Source: Oikopleura dioica (Eukaryota; Animalia; Chordata). Taken from it: a DNA stretch of 64,000 bases. Below the pieces are notes generated by a model. The model saw only the letters and a list, made by a program, of their open reading frames with translations. It made no database searches and was not told the origin of the DNA. The stretch is from contig OU015569.1 of the NCBI GenBank assembly GCA_907165135.1, positions 9,424,001 through 9,488,000 of the forward strand, written 5' to 3'. The translations under genes and the position numbers were made by a program. Of the stretch, positions 25,685-40,769 are shown one piece after another; position 1 is the first letter of the stretch, and each line of letters starts with the position of its first letter.

Positions 25685-26198
25685 TGTGTTACAATAAAAT
25701 AGTACATGAGATTGATTCAGAAAGGAAGATGGAAAACGCTGTCTCAGGAAATCTTCGAAAGCTTCCCTCTTTATTAGCATTTTTCTCTGGCTTGCTTTCT
25801 TTTTCGGCTTATCGCTCTTTCCTTGGCATTCTTCCTGCCAACGACGTGCTTGTAGGTCGTCTTTCTCGCTGGTCGAGAACCTAAATCATTTATTTCTTTA
25901 CCCATAGAAATCTAAGTACCTTCGCAGTACTTTTTCCAGCTCTTTGCTTCGTGAACGAAGAACTAACCCAAGAAACCTGTACCTCCCGGCAGGTCTCCGG
26001 GATTAGTTTCGACGAGGCTAGTCCGGTGAATCTATCAAAGCCCCAGGGACTACCGTTTGAAGCATACTCAAATAATCTGAAATAAAAAACTGTTAGTAAC
26101 TGATAGTATAATTAAGAGTGGTCTTAATTATGCACAGGCAATGAAGGCATATGCGAGGGTCAGAAACATGTATGTCTCAGATGAATGAATGAGGAAGC

Positions 26199-28141
<1,943 letters not shown>

Positions 28142-28425
28142 GTCGAAGTTTTTTAGTGATCGGTGGGTGAAAAAGAGTTCTTTTGGTGGGGAAGAGGGGC
28201 CTTCCTTCTCGAAAAGAGTCTGAGTGGATGTCCACGGCGCGTTTCACTTTTTGAGCGCAGTAGGCGCGGCTCTGCAGCGCTACACCGTACGATTGTTTCA
28301 GTTAGATCCACGGGCGCTCCCGTTCTTTCGCTCCTCGACCTGCTTCCCTTCTCTCGCAAAGGCGACTTCGACCGTTTGAAACCCCGGCAGTATAAAATCG
28401 GAATTGACAGTGAAAATCAGAATGT

Positions 28426-31400
28426 TTAAAATAGGCAAGAGTCGCGTAGGCGGCCGAGGCACGAATCGACGCCGACTTCTTGGGCCTCGTGCCGTCGATG
28501 ACGCATTTGGATGCAGGAACGATCCATTGGCAGTAGATCGACTGGTCTTCTGCCTAAATGACAGTACTCTAAAAAGCGCCTACAAATCACTATAGATGAA
28601 AAATAATTTCTTAGTTTACCACAAAAGGTTCTATGCTCACTAATTCATCGCGAAATTGGATTCTCGTTGTCTACAGAATTATCCATAGAAAGGAATAATC
28701 GCTTCGTTGAATAATTTACCGGCAGTAGACGTAGAAAGGAAAAACAGCTGGACGTAAAACTATCAGATTCATAAATTTCGAAGCGGTTTTCGATGGGAGC
28801 GATAAACGCGAGAAACGAGAGACGTTTTTTGTCCCCCCTCTTTTGTGACAGTTCCATGCAAAAGGGGCCCTTGCGTCAGGGATTTTATTGATCATGCGCT
28901 TCTGCATCTGCTCGTTGGCACGGAGTCGCACGGTGAAACAGAATACCGTGAACTTGGCGAGCTCGTTTGTGCAAAAATAGACACAATGGCACTTGGCTCC
29001 ACTGCTGGCCTCTTGAGAAACGAACACAAAAGTTTGACATTCTGTTACAGTTTATTCGCGGCTTTAGATTAGGTAGATGGAGTTTGCTTGCGAGTCCGCA
29101 CCAGTCAGCTGGTCGCAGCGTCCTTTCAGCTTCTTCAAAAGCTACACCATTCATGTCCATCAGAAGTTAGAAACTAACTTGTTACCTGTTTAGTGCTCAA
29201 TCGGAGTCGATCTAATGTATCCTGGGGTTTTTCATTATCCGGTGCCTCAAAGAGCTTTAGATTATAAAAATTCGAGATATCCACCTGTGCCATGTTTCTT
29301 TCTAAGTTCGTGAATCTTTGCCGTATCGCTATAAGTAAATAATGTGGTGTTAATTAACAGAATCATTCTTACACTGACTAGGCCTGGAAGAAAGTCTAAA
29401 GAAGCCAGCCCAGAGATTGAAGAGGACAAGAAAGCTTTCAGAGTGAAACTGCTGCAGCGACTCTAGAACAGTCAGAAGGTGCGCTACGATGATTGTATTA
29501 ATCTCAGAAGAGCTTCCCGGGGATTTCGTTCCCATAAGCGCAAGCATCCCAGGAGTGACTTTGATCCAGAATGCAATGATATTCGCCTCTTTGTCCATTG
29601 TTTGGCAAATAATCTCAACGTAAATGGTCTTTTTGGCGGATTTCTAATTGAGTTATTGTAAGTTAAAATTATAACCAAAACTAAAGATAAAATGCGCAAT
29701 CCTACCACCCATGCGATCATAAAGCTGAAAGAATAAAAGAGAATTGATGACTGGTTGAGTTCGTTCGTAGAGTTCACACTTGGATATGCGGAGAATAAAT
29801 GACACATTCGGTCGCCGAGGGAGTTCTTAGTTGAAATTGTCTTCCGACGGTGGAAAAAATAGACTACCTGTAAGTCAAATGATATCGGCTCCCATCGCGA
29901 TAGAAGTGAATCTCGTGGCAGTGTGCAAAAATTTGTAAGGGCGCCAAGAAGGATCCAGTACTGCTCTTGGAAATGTCTCATTAGTTGAAGAACTTGTTCG
30001 CTGGATGCATCCAAGGTTGACAAACTCGAATTTCCTTGTCCCAGGCTGTCAGCTTTGATGAAGTTTAAGACTTGTCCGATGGCGACTTTTAACTCTACAA
30101 CGGTGGAGTTTCGAAGCAAAGCGTCGCTCAGTACCGTCGACGTGCCTAAAATAGAAAGAGGAGTAGCAATAGTTGATCCAATCGTCTTTTCTTCTTTAAC
30201 GCGATCCGAATCGGCAACGACGCATATGTCTTTTTCGTAAAGTAACTCTGTCAAATCTGAAGCAAGAGATTGGAATGGCGAAGTCAAGGAGGTCTTTTGC
30301 CGCTTTTCGGTGATTCGTTTTTCGTCTGATCCGAAAATATACTGCTCCACGTGCTGCTCAATCAGCCAGGTTGCTTCGTAATCAAAGAGAAGTATTTCAA
30401 TAAGCTTTCGAAAGGTTTATTCTGAGCGCCTAATAGCCTAACAAGTTATAATTTCAGAAACCTAGCTTGAAAAGAGCGCAGAAAGAAACAGATCGTCGGT
30501 TAAAAAAAATCCCCGCAAATGGAACAAGAATGAGCTTCTGGAAATTATGGCGCTCTCGGTCCTTTGAGGAGTACTTGTGAATAAGCCGAATAAGTTGAAT
30601 TAGCTCGTTGCTTTCGTAGTTTCCAGATTTTAGAGCGACGTTTATCGATTTCAGCGTTAAATCAATCGTCGGCTTGGGAACTAGATTATAAGGAGCGATC
30701 ATCTTCCATAAGGCCACAACTGCACCAAGCAGACCAATGTTGATATCTTTGTTTTCCGAGCATAACTGAACAAGTTTCGAAGCTTCTTGGTAATCCTCAT
30801 CGTGGCTTTTATTTTCGATATTTTCGTCAGAAACTATCTTTATTTTCTAATAATAAGAGCTTTTCCTGTTGCTTTATATTTTGACGTTGCCCGAAGTGCA
30901 TTTCGAAGCTTTCTAAATAGGCTTTGAAATTTCGCGCAAAGTTTGGGGATTTCAACGAGTCGCCGTCCCCATCGAGAAGCGTCACAATAAGTTCAGCTGG
31001 GCTAATGCCACGGTGATCCTTGAGAAGGAGAGTGTAACAAAGATGCGGTCTTCAACAAGTAATTCAAAGACCGCGGGGAGTATTTTGTGTCCTTTGAGAT
31101 GGAAGAGCACAGAGACGAGCAGTTGCCTTGGAATAATGGGAACATCGTCTCGTTGAACGAGCGTCACGAGAACATACAGAAGAGGATTTATGAAGCTGGC
31201 AGCTCGTTTAGTTTGCCTTCTTACGAATTCTGCCAAGCACGTCATCGCTAAAATGTAGACTTGATCTTCGAAATATTCCTTGACATGTCCGCAGACAATG
31301 CAATAGCCACTTTCTTTATCAACTTCAAAGAAGTCGCTCGTATTCAACAACTGAGTGACATCGTCGGAGATGTTCCTCGCTAGAAGAGGGCGACCCGGCT

Positions 31401-34400
31401 GTTCGCAGGTTTTGGCCGGGTAGTGCTGTACGCAAATGTACGCGGTGGTGGATTGCGTTCATCCCGATGGTAGATTTTGCGCAGGACTTTCAATTTTGAG
31501 AATTTATGTTCGTGCCCACGAACAAGCCCTCGCCCGAGTTTTCCGCGAGCATAGCCCTGAAGACCAACAGTTCTCCGTAGTATGCATTCGTGGATCGAGT
31601 TATGCAATGTCAGTAAAGTTATATGAAGGATTTTAGTCTGGAGATTAGTGTCGGCCATCGTAGTGAGATCATGCTTGTACAACGTAACAAGCAAGGATTC
31701 TAGCCAAGCACATCGAAGCTCTGGCTGAAGATGAATTAACGAGTAGGTCGGCATGTTGTCTCCTGTTGGATCCGACTCAGACGCAGAATACAACAGCAAA
31801 TTGAGAATGAATGACATCAGATGTCCAGATAGTTCGATGTTTGAATCCAGTATCTTCGGTAAATGAAGCAGAAACGGTGGAAACACAACACATTCGCGCA
31901 AATTTGTGGGTGAGAAATTTGAAGCGAATTGGCTTATATTCGTAAAACCAAAAGCACAATAAAGTGCTTAGAAAAGATGCGAAACTGTTTCGTGTCGACG
32001 TCACTATTATCTCCAGCAATGATAAAGCGACAAACACACCCAACGAGTTCTGTAAGAGTTATTTGGTCATTTTCTTCGATCGTAGTGCCTTGGTTGATGT
32101 CCATTTTTCGGCAATAGAGTAGCAGCCCGTCGGAATCCCATTGGGAGACTGTCGGTTTTCCATCGAAGTAGCGTAGTGCTGATTTGAAAAAGACGTTACG
32201 GGATAAAGCAGTTTTAGAGGGATGCAGAAATTTAGTCCGAGATCTTTGCAGACTTGTGCTTCTAAAATTGAATCAGTAGATATAAACATGATTAAGAGCT
32301 GTCTCACCTACTGAAAACAGAATGAGGCTTTGGTTGAAAAACCCCCAGTTCAACAATTTTGCATCGGGGCGAAGCAAATGAAGCTGCTCGATTCTTTTAA
32401 AAATGATGCAGCGATCACGAAGAATATTCCGATACTGAAACTCGAAGCAGGAACAGATCGCCAGAAGACTCTTTTTCGAAAATGTATCACATAAAAACTT
32501 GACTCTTCTGTTCAGCGAGGGAACTGGGGATGACGAAAGGTCCAGAAGAGCAAAAACGCAGTAACTAACTGCATAGCAAACAACTGGGCATCTTATGATT
32601 GCTGAAGGTTCGACATGTTGAAGCAAGGAAGCAAGCTTGTTTGCCAGATCAAATTGCTTTTCCCACGGTTGATTGAGATAACTTTCATCCACGAGCTGGA
32701 TAAACTCTTCTGGTGCGCGAAAAATGTAAATGTAGGAGAGCATAATCTTCGCAGCATGCTTCGACTCCCCATCATTCGAGCCTAGTTCCGTCCACAGCGT
32801 TCTGATAATATCTCGGTGATGCGTTGACAGAATATGTGATTCCGGAAGAGCGCGCAAATTTTCCAAAATCGAGGTCTTTGTTGTTATCATTTCTAGTAAA
32901 TGCCCAAATTGTTCAGCAACTTCTCCATTTTGGGAGTTCACAGTTTGCAAGACTTCTTGCGCTTCAGCGAAAAGCTGGAACCAGAGTTCAAAAACCCCGC
33001 GATTTGCCCGGGCACAGGCGGGCGCGGGCTCGGAATGGAAAAATGGTCGGGGGCTCAGGCGGGCGCGGGCACAAAATTGATGATGCTCGGGGGCTCAGGT
33101 GGGCGCGGGCCCGAAACTGAAGGTGCCCGCGGGCTTACGCGGGCGCGGGCGAGAAATTGAAGGTGCCCGCGGGCTCACGCGGGCGCGGGCCCTTGCCCTC
33201 CTGCTCGCGCCCGGCCGCGCCCGCGAGTAGAAAGTGACCAAATTTCAATCGGTATTTTCAGCTTCAATTCGATGACTTGAATAAGTTAACCGTCAAAAAA
33301 TATGCAAAAATGGTATAAAAAGTTCGAAAATTTGCGAAAATCTTGATTTAGACCAAATTTTGAGCCAATTTTAGGGGTTATTTTAAAAGAGAACTCTTTC
33401 ACGGGTTTCCGACAAAAGTCTCAATTTTTATTTAAAATTTCAAAGTTTTCGGCGAAAATTTCTTCTTCTCTTACGAAAACTGGCCGCGGCCTCTGACGGG
33501 CTCGGGCGCTTGAGCCCGCGAGGCCCGGGGGAGCAGGCGGGCAGCGTGCCCGCGCCCGGCCGGCCGCCGCTCCCCTGCCCGGGAGCCGAAAATTTTTGAA
33601 CTCTGGCTGGAACACGATTGTAGATGCTTCCGTATCGCCGCAGATATCTGTCTTTTTCTTGAAGAAAATGTCCCAAATAAGTTCGTTGATTAGTGCTAGC
33701 GTTGATGAGTGCCGATCCGAAATCGTGATTTCTGTTTTTAGCTGTTTTAGTGTTCGCAAGCAAATCTTGAGCAACACAACTGGCGGGAGACTTGACGAGG
33801 TGATTTTGATTTGATTATTCATAACAGAAAACATTGTATGAATCTGTGATTCTGTTGTTTCTGCGCTGTCCAATGCTTTTTCGAAGATCTTCTGTATGAT
33901 AGGAAGAGGGATGAAAACTGAGAGCCTGTTTACCGCAACTAAGTACTTTAGCGCCGTTGCAATGTTTGTGGACTGGAGAAATGACCAAATCTCGGCAAGG
34001 GAAAATGGCATGCTTACCAAGTCAGTGTCGAATAATTTCCATAGCGATTCTTCAAGAAGGCGTATTTTGAATTCCTTTGGGTATGTTATATCTATAAGAT
34101 CCTCGCAATAGAGAGGGATAGTTTTGTTCCAATCGTCGTGAGTAAGAAGTCCAAACGATCCTATCATTAGCAAGCTCTCTAGTCGGTTACAAAGCTTCGT
34201 GGGAGTGTCTTCATCTGACTCCCAATATCCAAGCCTCTGCATCTCGGGCGGAGGCGAAGGATGCAGTGACAGAAGAAATGATTTGGCGAAATGCTTCTTG
34301 TATTCCTTAACCCACGGTAAAAGAGTCTGATTTTTCAAGTTGTCGACGACTAAATCGTTTCCCGTTGCATCAGACGAGACTGTCCGAGTTGTGTAGAGAA

Positions 34401-36000
34401 AGTTACAAATAACTGAGAATATATTGGAAAGATGAGCGTGAGGCGCCGAAGGATGAACAGGAGCTAGTTGTGCTAATAACGACGTTCCATACACGGCAAA
34501 GAGTGTGTCTAAGGGTTCTAGAGCATGTTCAAACGTTTTTACAATGACCTCTACAATGAGGCTCGCATCGTCTTCGTTGAGGTCCCACGCAATTTTCGGC
34601 GGACATTGGAAATGTAAATCTTCGACTTTCCTAAGGTTGAAGCATTCTTTGCAGTATCTCACAGCGCGTGGGTACTGATAAATCGTGTACGAGCTTTGGG
34701 TTTCTTCATTAAAATTGGAGAGATTAGAATGTTGAGTACTAGAGCATTCTCGATTCTCACAATAGCGCGCTAAGTTTTTCATTGGACGGAATAAAAATAT
34801 AGTCGGCTCAAATTCTTCTTCTCCGTCTTGATAGCAAGTCTCACAGATATACAGCGGTGCTGGGATTTGTCCATAAGTAGACTCTGCTGCTGCCTTCCCG
34901 CTCAAGCAGATTCGAGTAGCCTTTTCACTGTGAGATGTGCAAAGACTGCTTTGACAAGGTATCTGGTTCCAAAATGGAAACTGAGTTTCCAGGTTAAACC
35001 CAGGGTAAAAGCCATAAAAGAGCGACGGAAAATAGTGAAAAACCATGGGCAAGACCTCCGATCGAACGTTCGGCCAACCATAAGCAATCAATTGGAATAG
35101 ATCTCGCCATATGTAGTCGCGCTGCTGCATGAGTATTTCGACGGCTTTGTAGAGGGAACTGGGTAAATTGAGATAAACTATCGTCGTCAATAGTTTCGGA
35201 ATTACGGCGTCGATAACGTGGTTACAAGTTTCTTCGGATTTCAGGCGAAGTAGGAGCACCGGGAGAACCAGATCCAGCGTGTGGCTTAAAACGAACTCCA
35301 CCTTATAGTTTTGGTTGAGCATGGCATCAAGAAAGAGGAGAAGTTCTGTCAGTTGAGCTGGACGCAAGAATAGAAGAGCAGAATGAACACATTCGAAGAG
35401 ACTCTCGTGTAGGGCTTCGAAACTTTTTTCATCTTCGTCTGGTGAATATGATCATCTGCTGAGCAGCACTTTTCAGCTTTTGGCAGCTGGCTAATCAGAC
35501 CGCGAAGTACTTCTACAACAAAGTCTATATTGTATCCTTTCATTTCCACTTCTCCTTGGTTATTTATCATAATACGATTTTATATAAAATCTATTGTTTT
35601 AAGAAAACCAAAGCCTTCAGGAACATGAGATAAACCGACAAGGGCTTTGCTTAGGAATTTAATCTTGTGAGTGAGCGAACTTTTGTGATTATCATTATCC
35701 AAGGAGAACTCTTCTCTGATATTTTTTTCACAAAAAGTTATGCAATTGAATCAAATGATATGTAAATTAGCTGAATTCATGAAAAAAACGGCCCTGAATT
35801 CATCCAAATTGACTTCTGCTCTTTGGTAGAAATGAACAAGGCCATCTAGCTTTTCTCTAAATAACTCTAGCTTACTCATATGAAAATAAGAAATTGTTCT
35901 TTCCCTCAGCCATGTGTGCCTAAATCCGAAAGCCGTCGGTGTTAATTGGGTTTCGCATCCAGGATCGATTCCCCTGATCTTTGCACCAACATATTGAGCT
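28426..36000 (-). CDS. UNC79: UNC79, NALCN channel complex subunit
   Basis: IWRDLFQLIAYG...MVFHYFPSL...CQSSLC...PAPLYICETC...RAVRYCKEC matches the UNC79 N-terminal region as recalled. An upstream exon AQYVGAKIRGI resembles the UNC79 start. Many downstream helical exons follow. Both ends are approximate. Confidence 0.85.
32982..33605. mobile_element. Non-autonomous hAT-like MITE (624 bp) inserted in a UNC79 coding exon
   Basis: Perfect 13-bp TIR CAGAGTTCAAAAA/TTTTTGAACTCTG, 8-bp TSD GCTGGAAC at 32974-32981 and 33606-33613, GCGGGCGCGGGC subterminal repeats and an AT-rich core. Confidence 0.95.
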
Positions 36001-36257
36001 ATCTAATTGCTCTTTTAATGAACCCGCATAGCGATTTGATAATTTGAAAGAAGAACTATATTAAAGCTCGCTCTTTCTCTCCAAAATACGCTCACTGCAA
36101 ACTGCAAGTCCAAGTTTTTCGCCGTTGGAATAATCAATTCAAGAGCAGGTGAAGCTGCTTGTGTCGTCATCAATTTTGCATTGTAAAGCGCTCAATGGAA
36201 CCCATATCGCTTTCAAGCTTATTTTTGAATTCAGTCCCAAGTATTTCTTTACCTTCG

Positions 36258-38578
36258 ATGAGAAAAGTACTAAAACAGCTTTTTATATCAACAATAATCG
36301 GTTTTTTAATCGGCCACTTCATCAGAGAAAAAACTAGTAGGAAATTCATTCGCTGCCCGAGAAGGAGAAATATTGGGATTATTTTTGTGCTAACAACAAC
36401 GAAGTACATACAGAGGGAAAAAGCAATAAGAAATACTTGGGGAATCGCCGCGAAGTCGCGAGGGTTTCAAGTGGCTTTTGTACGGCATCAGACAAGTCGA
36501 AAATTTAATGACGTTATCGAATTTCCAAATGTTCCGGATGAAGTTTACCCACCGCAGAAGAAATCTTTTGCTTTATTCCGATATGCCTGGAGACACCTTA
36601 TTCACCAATACGATTGGTTTGTAAGAATAGACGACGATGCCTTTTTGAATAGCGATGAATTGGAGAAGTTTCTACGAAAGTTGAACTCGACGAGAGTTCA
36701 TTATATAGGAGCACCTGGCTATGGGCGGCACTCCGCTGATTTTGTAGAAGGAAACAAAACTTATTGTATGGGCGGAACCAGCATCATGAAAGGGTTGACA
36801 ATAATATGAATATTATTTATAATATATACATATATAATATATTATGATATAATATTTATATATATATACGTATAATATTATAGCCTATAATTTATAGGAT
36901 ATTATTAATATCAATGATCATATCATCGAGAAGGATATTAGCCCTAATCTGATCTTTTCAAAACTCTTAAAAAGACTGAGCAATGAAGCAATTCGACAAA
37001 TCGGTCCACATTTACTCACTTGTGCAAGACAACTCTACTCAGAACACGAAGATGTCGAAATCGGACGGTGCTTTTGGAATCATCTCAATGTTTCTTGCAC
37101 GACGGCGAAAGATGCTTCGAAGTTATTTTTTAACAATTTCAAAAAAGATTACGGCTACTATGATAATCTTGGCTACATTTCGGCACGAACAGTTTCACAT
37201 GCAATCACTTTGCATGCAAATAAAGACCCCAAATATCAAAGTCTCACGAATGCAATAATTCTACGTCAAAAGTTGAAAACATTAAGGATGGTTTCAAACA
37301 GTAATAAAACCAATCAAGTCATTTTATTTTTGAAACCTTTCAAAGAAAGAATATAAAGCTTCTTGAGTTTCGCGAAAGATCAATGGCAAGCAATATGAGC
37401 GCGATATATCTGAGCGAATTTAGGAATAACTGTAACCAGAAGAGTGTATTCAGCGCTATGTCAGAATGGCGCCTTTACACAAGCTCAGAAGATCGAGTCA
37501 ATCAGGCTGTTGCGAATCCTTGGCGAGGTTTTTCACGACCCTCTTTCAAGAAAGTTCAAATCGTCTATTTGATGGTGAAGAAATTGGTCAAATTGAGATT
37601 CCAGTGTTCTATTACAGCGAAAACCAGGCAATCGCACGCCTTCAAACAATCGACCCGAGCACGAACAAGTCTTCAGTCAGTCTTTTTCATTCAAAGATGG
37701 AATACGGCCCGCCGGAAACCAATTTAAAATCTGTTGACAGCATCGAAGTTCTATTTGTCATACCGATTAGCGGAAAGTCGACAGCATTAGCAACATTTTT
37801 CGACTGGTGGAAGTCAACGCTAAGGATGGAAGTTTCTCTACTCTTCGCAATAATGGGAGACAGCCAAACTATAAACGAAACTATCTCAAACATCAAGCCC
37901 TGGAAAGAAAAATATCCAAACACAGTCAATTATTTACGGGTTTTAATTTCTAAGCATCAAGCTACGTAGTTTCAAAAATAAACCTCGCTCAGAACATCGT
38001 CAAAGGGACTTTCTCTAGAGGAATAGCTCTCCAAAGGGCGCTGATGAGAATGAAGAAAGAACGCATCATTTTCGTGTCAGACGTGGATCTGCAGATATCA
38101 ATGGACACAGTCAGGAGGATCAGACTTTTGACGGAGCCCGGACGAGCTTATTTTCCTGTTTTCTTTAGTGAATATGAAGACCGCAAAAATGGCTTTTGGC
38201 GTAGATTCTCATATGGGATGTTTTCAATGTTTCTAAGGTATGTTGTGGAGAGATTACCATAATAACTGTGTGAGTTGCAGCGATTTCCAAAAGAGCGGCG
38301 GATTTCGAATGTCTCGATCTGGCTGGGGAGGTGAAGACGTAGAGGTAGATAGAAGGTGCGTGTTTGATTTGATAACTGTTCAGTTTTACTCAAAAGTACT
38401 CCAGAAATTTGAAACCGTTCGCGCTATCGACCCCGGAATTCGTCACATCTTTCACAAAAAGAAATGCCATCTTAGTCTGCTTCCCAAAACGTTGACTGAC
38501 TGCAGAAAATCAAAAATGTCCCACAAAGCGGACCAATTCCAGCTGTACAAACTTGCACTTGAGAAATTAATAAAGTGA
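36258..38578 (+). CDS. CHSY1: Chondroitin sulfate synthase
   Basis: TM anchor. Motifs YPPQKKSF, WFVRIDDD, YCMGG, HEDVEIGRC, C-terminal FVSDVDL, YFPVFFSEY, GGF...GWGGEDV and HIFH. Confidence 0.92.
36805..36915. repeat. AT-rich low-complexity tract inside a CHSY intron
   Basis: Almost pure TA/ATA/TATT sequence. Confidence 0.8.
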
Positions 38579-38900
38579 TAAAATTTGATAAATGCCTGAA
38601 TAAATCCGCTTGAAGACAGTATTCGGTGATTTGAGTTTTCATAAAAAAGGATGGCAACAGAAAGAGAGAGGAAAGTAATATGTTGGGTCGGGGCTGTCAA
38701 AGTCAAAAAGACGAGCCGAAAATAGTCATCTATGATTTCAACGCGCCCGGCCCGCGCTAGTGCAATGGACGATTCCTTCGACTCAAAACTTTGCAGGAGC
38801 CTGATTGGCTTCGTTTCTCTCTAACCACGTGTTTCGAGGCATATTTAAACGGTCGTGACTCGTCCAAAACTGTCATTTTTTCTTAAAAAAAAAAGAGAAA

Positions 38901-39864
38901 ATGCCAAAACGACGAGCTGAAGAAGAAACGACTCAGTCTCTTGATCTTACATCTGGAGATGGCCCCTCGACTTTACAGATGATTCGCCCCTTCAAAAAGG
39001 GTAATTCACTCAAGAGAATTCCACATTATAAAAAGTAAACTTCAGAAACAGCGACGGAGTTTCTCTATCAAAAGCCACCAATATCCGTCTTTTCGTCGAG
39101 ACGATTCTCAAAGAGGTTGCTTTTGATCGGAATTTCCGAAATCTGCAGGAAACGACTAGGCGTACCAAAAGACGAATTCATACTGAAGATAGCGGGAGAT
39201 GTGAAAGTTCAGGTACATCGAGCAAATTATTATTTCAGCGATTATTATTATTCTCAGGTTCTCAATCCATATGATTTGAGCGGAAGTAGCGAAGCTATTT
39301 TCTTGAAGAAATTGATCCAAAAAATTTTCATGATGGCAGAAAACGGATGGCTCTCGAAAGTCATCATGAAGATTGGAACCGACGTAAGTAACTATCGTTA
39401 AGTTAGTTTCTTATAAATACAATTGCAGGATGGAAAACAGCTGGAACTGTACGCTTTCAGTCTAAAAGAAAGGCCTATTTGCAATGAGATGGACGAACAC
39501 GCGGTGGTCGACTTGACTCAAGACGAGAACGCTCAGCTAAGAACCGAAGTGGAGGATCTCATCCAAGCTCTCCACAAAAAGCTCCCGACAACTCCCCTCG
39601 GCGACGTGAAATTCTCCTGCGTAAGACAGTTAGATTGTAAAAGTGGAATTGATCTCATTCTTTTAGCAAGTGGCAGTCAATCATCTTGCGCCAAAAAAGA
39701 TCGACTTGGAGGGGTTCAATACTGCAGACGCTGCGACCATGGAGAGACCAAGAGTGCTCTTCAAGCGTCATTGCAAGACAAAATTCCACGAAATTGACGG
39801 CGTTGGAGTTCAGGCCCTCGAAAGTGATGAAGAATATGAAGTAGAGTCCGCCTTTGGCTGGTAG
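38901..39864 (+). CDS. HORMA-domain protein (HORMAD/Hop1-like or MAD2L2-like)
   Basis: Spliced RLGVPKDEFILKIAGDVKVQVL...AENGWLSKVIMKIGTDDGKQLELYAFSL...LEGF...TKFHEI aligns by eye with the HORMA fold pattern. The 5' exon phase is unresolved. Confidence 0.65.
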
Positions 39865-40769
39865 ATCTACCCGCTCTCTCTCTTACTGTTCACTCTTCCT
39901 AATAAAGAAGTCTGATTGATAAATTCTGCAGTAATTTTGGTTCGGAAAGGAGTGTCGATTTCGACGATAAATAATGCGCATATTATTATAGAAACGGTTT
40001 GAAGCTGGGTAACAGTTGCTGCGTACTCAACTTATCAGTTGCAGTTGCCGTGTGTCCCAGGGAGTGACTGTGCTCACAGAAAGGGATTTCCTTTTGTTGG
40101 ATTTTGGTGTGATTTGGCGCCCCCTGGTTAGGCGCCGCGTAGGCTGAGCCACAATCACTCTCGTCCGCGCCGCCGCCTTTTTTGACCCCTAACGAAACCA
40201 AAAATTCAAATTTCTGACCATGAAGCCTATCTTTTGAGAAATCAAGAGAACGCCCAGCTCCCCGAAAAAAGATTTACGAAGCGCTCTTTGAAGATCGAAA
40301 AAAGATGGATAGCGAAAAAGAGACTGCCGAGGAAGAGAGCAACTTGTCGTCCTTCAATATGAGGTAAAATTGTATTTTGGCTCGTCTATTTTTCTTTGAA
40401 GATCATATGAATGATATTTTACGGCGTTTAGAAAACGAAATCTTGAAATATTTTTTCCTGGTTGATGCTAGAATAGCTTGTCTTCTCGTCGCTAGAATTT
40501 TTTTCTTAATTCGAATTGAAAAGAAAGCCGCGTGTGCCTAAGGCGGGGATATAAAGTAATTACTGTCGTCGGCAATCCGAACAAACAGGTGACGGCGGTC
40601 AGTCTCGACTTGATTATTTTCACATTTTTGTGTAACTTTTTCCGAATTGGCACCTTTAATCCTTTCATGGCGCCGCGTAGGGTTTCTTGTTCGTTTGAGT
40701 TGACTGACGCTCTGCAGACATTACTGTAAGGTAGTCAAGGGCTTCCTCATTGCTCGATGAAAAGATTTT

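Noticed and set aside
32824-33600. Gly/Arg/Ala-rich ORFs, including the last 60 or so residues of the 648-aa ORF
   Set aside because: They are read-through into GC-rich MITE repeats, not protein.
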